From positions 256,001 through 320,000 of the forward strand of contig OZ242220.1 of NCBI GenBank assembly GCA_965206745.1: 64,000 nt of DNA, given 5' to 3'. Of the stretch, positions 59,770 through 64,000 are shown in pieces. The position numbers were made by a program, and so were the translations under genes. The stretch's first letter is position 1; each line of letters starts with the position of its first letter. Below the pieces are notes generated by a model that did not search any database, was not told the origin of the DNA, and worked only from the letters and a program-made list of their open reading frames with translations. The DNA comes from Nitrosopumilus sp. (GTDB lineage: Archaea; Thermoproteota; Nitrososphaeria; Nitrososphaerales; Nitrosopumilaceae).

Positions 59770-60318
59770 TCAATCAACAAAAAATTTTCCCAAATCCTTA
59801 TTTTTTCTCACCAAATCAAGCCAATCCACATCCTCACTGCCTCCCCTGTTCATAATGGCATCAATTGTTTTTTCTGCTGTCTCCTGTATCGTTTTACCGC
59901 TGACATTAATCTGAAATGTCTTTTCCTGAAATCTGCTCATTGCATCATTTGCAATAATCCCCAGGATTTCACTACCTGCATTGTCCTGAATCTTTTTGTC
60001 AGGGTATCCCCTATCTTTGTAAACTGCAATCAAATCGTACGGACTCCTTCTTAGCACTATGGCTACCTTGATCTGGTTTTTTCTTAGGACGTACGGTGCC
60101 AAATGTCCTACGATTATGTTGTTTTCGGAAATTTTTTGCCCCATTATCTCTTCTAGTTTCAGAACATCTATGTTGTTTGCATCCTTGTCTTTTTCAAACA
60201 ATCCTGAATCTTTTGCAATCTTGTTGATGTCCAGAATCGGACACCTTATTTTCTCAGCAACCTGCTGTGAAACTGTATGCTTTCCGACCCCTGGATTGCC
60301 TGTAATCACTATGGACAT
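59770..60318 (-). CDS. archaeal adenylate kinase-like NTPase (AK6/Fap7 family)
   Basis: ITGNPGVGKHT, VGHLA, RGY...KI.DN..SE, VDW. Confidence 0.85.
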   Translation of the reverse strand: MSIVITGNPGVGKHTVSQQVAEKIRCPILDINKIAKDSGLFEKDKDANNIDVLKLEEIMGQKISENNIIVGHLAPYVLRKNQIKVAIVLRRSPYDLIAVYKDRGYPDKKIQDNAGSEILGIIANDAMSRFQEKTFQINVSGKTIQETAEKTIDAIMNRGGSEDVDWLDLVRKNKDLGKFFVD

Positions 60319-60391
60319 GATATGAGATCATGATCAACTAGATTAAACGATTTCTGCAATACTAATAAGTAGAATTGGATTTTTACCAGTA

Positions 60392-61579
60392 TTGCAAATT
60401 GGTTTACTAGGAAAAGCAAATGTTGGTAAATCCACCTTCTTCTCGGCTGCCACAGAAACACCCGTTGCATCGGGGAACTTTCCCTTCACAACCATTGAGC
60501 CCAATGTGGGGGTCGCATATGTCAAAGCAGACTGTGCTTGCAGACATTTCAAAATCAAGCATGAGAACCAACTGTGTGTAAATGGTACGCGCTTTATTCC
60601 TGTAAAGCTCATAGATGTTGCAGGATTGGTTCCCGGGGCACATGAAGGCAAAGGATTGGGAAACCAGTTCCTTGATGATGCACGACAGGCCGAAGTCCTA
60701 ATCCATGTTGTTGATATTGCAGGAGCCACGGATATTCAAGGACAACCAGTCTCAGTCGGGACCCACGATCCGTTAGAAGATGTAGCTTTCGTACAAGATG
60801 AATTTGATCAATGGTTTGCAGGCATTCTCAAGAGGGAATGGGACAAGATTACCCGAGAGATAGATCAAAAGCGTGCAAAACTAACTGATGGCATTGCAAA
60901 AAGATTCTCCGGACTGGGAATAAAAGATTTCCAAGTACACCAAGTTCTTCAGAAACTGGGCCTGATGACCAGAAATCCAAAGGAATGGAAGGAGGATGAC
61001 ATCCAGACTTTTGCCAAGGAGCTAAGAAAAAACACAAAACCTATGATTATTGCAGCAAACAAAGCAGATCTCTGCAAAGATCTTGATATTATAAAGACAA
61101 TTCCTGAGGATGTGATTCCATGCAGTGCAGAAACTGAACTGCTTTTACGAAAGGCATCAAAAGCAGGAATTGTAAACTACTTTTCTGGTGATGAAGGATT
61201 CACCCCTGTTGACGGCAAAGAGATTCTGCCCCCACAACAGAAGGCACTTGATTTGGTAAAGTCTGTCCTTTCAAAGATTGGTTCAACTGGCATTCAAAAA
61301 ATTCTAAACACCGCAGTTTTTGACTCCCTAAAATTCATCGTTGTGTACCCTGTAGAGGATGAGACAAAGCTTACCAACAAGGATGGCGTCATCCTACCTG
61401 ACACAAAATTGATCCCACAGGATTCGACTGCCAAGGATTTGGCAGGATTAATCCATGCAGATATCGCAAAGGGGTTCCTGCATGCGATAGACTGCAAGAC
61501 CAAGCAAAGAATTAGCGGGGATCAGAAACTCAAAAACGGCGACGTAATCAAAATCGTCTCTACACTGAGTCGTGGTTGA
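60392..61579 (+). CDS. ychF: YchF/Obg-family translation-associated NTPase with TGS domain
   Basis: GKANVGKST, PFTTIEPN, DVAGLVPGA..GKGLGNQFL, NKAD. Confidence 0.92.
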   Translation: MQIGLLGKANVGKSTFFSAATETPVASGNFPFTTIEPNVGVAYVKADCACRHFKIKHENQLCVNGTRFIPVKLIDVAGLVPGAHEGKGLGNQFLDDARQAEVLIHVVDIAGATDIQGQPVSVGTHDPLEDVAFVQDEFDQWFAGILKREWDKITREIDQKRAKLTDGIAKRFSGLGIKDFQVHQVLQKLGLMTRNPKEWKEDDIQTFAKELRKNTKPMIIAANKADLCKDLDIIKTIPEDVIPCSAETELLLRKASKAGIVNYFSGDEGFTPVDGKEILPPQQKALDLVKSVLSKIGSTGIQKILNTAVFDSLKFIVVYPVEDETKLTNKDGVILPDTKLIPQDSTAKDLAGLIHADIAKGFLHAIDCKTKQRISGDQKLKNGDVIKIVSTLSRG

Positions 61580-62564
61580 CATGCTAGGCTTGGGAATTGA
61601 AAGCACTGCTCACACGTTTTCCTGTGCGATAATTGAAAAACGTGGAAAGAAAGGCAAAATTCTCTCAGATGTCAGGAAAATTTACCGTCCCGCAGACGGG
61701 GAGGGAATCCATCCCCGTGAGGCTTCCCGTCATCATGTTGAGAACAGCTCTCTGGTACTATCTGAGTCCCTTCAAGAGGCAGATGTGACAGTCAAGGATC
61801 TGGATATTGTCTCATATGCTGCAGGACCTGGCCTGGGTCCGTGTCTGCGTGTCGGTGCCATAGTTGCCAGATCTCTTTCATCATACTACAAAATTCCAAT
61901 ATATCCGGTAAACCACGCAATTGGACACATCGAGCTGGGAAAACTGCTAACTGGCTCAACTAACCCTCTGGTACTTTTGGTCTCCGGAGGGCACACCATG
62001 ATTTTGGCATTCCTAAACAAACAATGGAGGGTGTTTGGAGAGACATTGGATATCACTTTGGGCCAACTGTTGGATCAGTTTGGACGTTCAATTGGATTTG
62101 CATCCCCATGCGGAAAAAATGTTGAGGACCTGGCATCTGCATCCTCAAACTATGTCCCCTTGCCATATTCTGTAAAGGGCAACGATGTCTCTTTTTCTGG
62201 ACTGCTGTCTGCAACAAAATCCGTTGCAGCAAAAAACAAGACAGATGCCTGCTATTCGCTTCAGGAGACGGCATTTGCCATGATCAGTGAAGCAGTGGAG
62301 CGTGCTTTGTCATTTACAGGCAAGAAGGAACTGATGATAGTCGGAGGAGTGGCAGCCAACAGACGGTTATCTGCAATGCTAAAGGATGTCTGTAAAAGGC
62401 ACGGCTGTAAATTTTTTGTTGTTCCACTGCAGTATGCTGGAGATTGCGGAAGTCAAATTTGTTGGACCGGCCTGCTGGAATCCCAAATAAAATCCGGCGC
62501 GGAACTAAAAGATACATTCGTTACACAATCCTGGAGATTGGATTCTGTCATCGTGGATTATTGA
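61572..62564 (+). CDS. kae1: KEOPS t6A synthase Kae1
   Basis: GIESTAH, GIHPRE..HH, VNHAIGHIE, SGGHT, GETLD, GGVAAN. Confidence 0.95.
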   Translation: MVDMLGLGIESTAHTFSCAIIEKRGKKGKILSDVRKIYRPADGEGIHPREASRHHVENSSLVLSESLQEADVTVKDLDIVSYAAGPGLGPCLRVGAIVARSLSSYYKIPIYPVNHAIGHIELGKLLTGSTNPLVLLVSGGHTMILAFLNKQWRVFGETLDITLGQLLDQFGRSIGFASPCGKNVEDLASASSNYVPLPYSVKGNDVSFSGLLSATKSVAAKNKTDACYSLQETAFAMISEAVERALSFTGKKELMIVGGVAANRRLSAMLKDVCKRHGCKFFVVPLQYAGDCGSQICWTGLLESQIKSGAELKDTFVTQSWRLDSVIVDY

Positions 62565-62884
62565 CTTTTGTTCTCGCCGATGGCCTGCTCGATGATTTTA
62601 ACCCAGCCATTTGTATTGAAAACTCCAAACTTGAAAGTTTGCTGACCGTCATCGGTTTTTGCAGTAAAGCATACTTTTTTCATCAGCAACCCCTCCTTCC
62701 ATGTTTTTGTCACCTTCTCCAATGGGATATCCAAAACAGTATCCCCAAAGCGTTTAGAAAAATCCATTATCCGTGCATTGGTTTTGTCAAAAGCCAATCT
62801 CTTGTTTGTCAATGTTAAAATCCCTGCACCTAGCTTGTCCTCGCCGCAGTCCTCCTGCTTGATTCGCTTTTCCCCCTCATCCAT
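62558..62884 (-). CDS. hypothetical PH-like domain protein
   Basis: G.LTLTNKRLAF...DIPL pattern. Confidence 0.6.
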   Translation of the reverse strand: MDEGEKRIKQEDCGEDKLGAGILTLTNKRLAFDKTNARIMDFSKRFGDTVLDIPLEKVTKTWKEGLLMKKVCFTAKTDDGQQTFKFGVFNTNGWVKIIEQAIGENKSQ

Positions 62885-62915
62885 GATTAACTTTTATTGA
62901 ATTCCTCTGGATATA

Positions 62916-63542
62916 ATGTTAATGAAACTAGTCAAAAAAGGCGCTGAGGCAGATCTCTATCAGATCAAATGGCAGGATTCCAACGCGATACTGAAGATTA
63001 GAAAGATCAAGACTTACAGAAACCCCTCACTTGATTCAAAGATCCGCAAGCAAAGGACAGCTAAGGAATCCCAGATGCTCTCCCTTGTAAAATCATTTGG
63101 GATACCGACACCTCTTATCTACTTTGTAAATTTGGATGAGGCATCGATAATCATGCAAGAAATTCCTGGCAAGACTGTACATGATCTGCCCGAATCAAAG
63201 ATTGTTGAACTCTCAGAGAACATTGGAAGATTGGTTGGCACTTTGCATAAGAACGGCGTAATGCACGGTGACCTGACGACCTCAAACTTTATCTGGTTCA
63301 GAAACACCGTGTTTGTAATAGATTTTGGACTGGCCCAAATTTCAATAAAGCCTGAGGATCATGCAGTTGACCTGAGATTAATCAAAGAGATTCTCAACAG
63401 CGCCCATGCAAGAATAATGCCACCCTCGTGGAAAAATTTCCAAAGTGGATACAAATCCATCGTAGGCCATGCCTATTATACCAAAATAACCAAACTGGTC
63501 TCAGAAATCGAAAGTCGTGGAAGATATGCGCAAGTCGTTTGA
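62916..63542 (+). CDS. bud32: KEOPS kinase Bud32
   Basis: KGAEA, K.YR.P.LD, HGDLTTSN, IDFGL, AVDL, RGRY. Confidence 0.95.
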   Translation: MLMKLVKKGAEADLYQIKWQDSNAILKIRKIKTYRNPSLDSKIRKQRTAKESQMLSLVKSFGIPTPLIYFVNLDEASIIMQEIPGKTVHDLPESKIVELSENIGRLVGTLHKNGVMHGDLTTSNFIWFRNTVFVIDFGLAQISIKPEDHAVDLRLIKEILNSAHARIMPPSWKNFQSGYKSIVGHAYYTKITKLVSEIESRGRYAQVV

Positions 63543-64000
63543 TCTGTTTTTTGTATCCTCCAATGATCACAAATATCGGGAGGCAAAGGCAATCTTGGGT
63601 TCTCTGGGGGTCAATCTGGGAACTCTAAAATCTGATTTAAAAGAAATCCAGTCAAACTCACTTGATGATATTGCAATGGCCAAAGCAAGGGATGCATTCT
63701 CCAAGTTCAAAAAGCCGGTCATAATTGAGGATGATGGCTTGTTCATAGATTCACTTGATGGATTTCCAGGCCCGTACTCGTCGTATGTCTTTCAAACAAT
63801 TGGGAACAAGGGGATTCTTGGTTTGTTAAAAGACAACAGAAGGGCAAAGTTTGTTTCAATCATCACCTATTGTGACAAAACAGTCTTGCAATCATTTGAA
63901 GGAAGACTATGTGGAAAAATATCCAAAACCCAGAAAGGAAAAGGCTGGGGATATGATCCTATATTCATTCCAAATGATTACACCGAGACGTTTGCCCAAA
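63526..64000 (+). CDS. rdgB: non-canonical purine NTP pyrophosphatase (RdgB/HAM1), runs off window
   Basis: MRKSFDLFFVSSNDHKYRE, EIQS, EDDGLFIDSLDGFPGPYS, GWGYDPIF. Confidence 0.92.
   Translation, partial: MRKSFDLFFVSSNDHKYREAKAILGSLGVNLGTLKSDLKEIQSNSLDDIAMAKARDAFSKFKKPVIIEDDGLFIDSLDGFPGPYSSYVFQTIGNKGILGLLKDNRRAKFVSIITYCDKTVLQSFEGRLCGKISKTQKGKGWGYDPIFIPNDYTETFAQ

Overview
Archaeal chromosomal window from an ammonia-oxidising thaumarchaeote (Nitrosopumilaceae-like gene content and order). The backbone is housekeeping: late cobalamin genes, r-proteins, thermosome, guaA/guaB, pterin genes, csl4, dph2, tiaS, initiator tRNA-Met, HMG-CoA reductase, his operon, thrC plus a ThiS-ThiF fusion, an S8 protease, Rieske/cytochrome b/cupredoxin complex III, tRNA-Arg(TCT), tgtA and KEOPS genes. 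AT-rich accessory patches lie at about 15.9-18.9 kb, 31.8-38.8 kb (splitting the his operon), 45.2-46.4 kb and 54.3-55.2 kb. Main finding: a 192-aa DUF3800-like (RNase H-type acidic motif) gene at 37745-38323 faces a small structured non-coding RNA with its own TATA box. The same 'gene 3' end + convergent RNA + TATA' unit recurs twice more (34741-34994 and 17517-17723) where only the tail of the gene survives. The three RNA copies show compensatory base-pair changes. All calls are by eye; no database searches were run.
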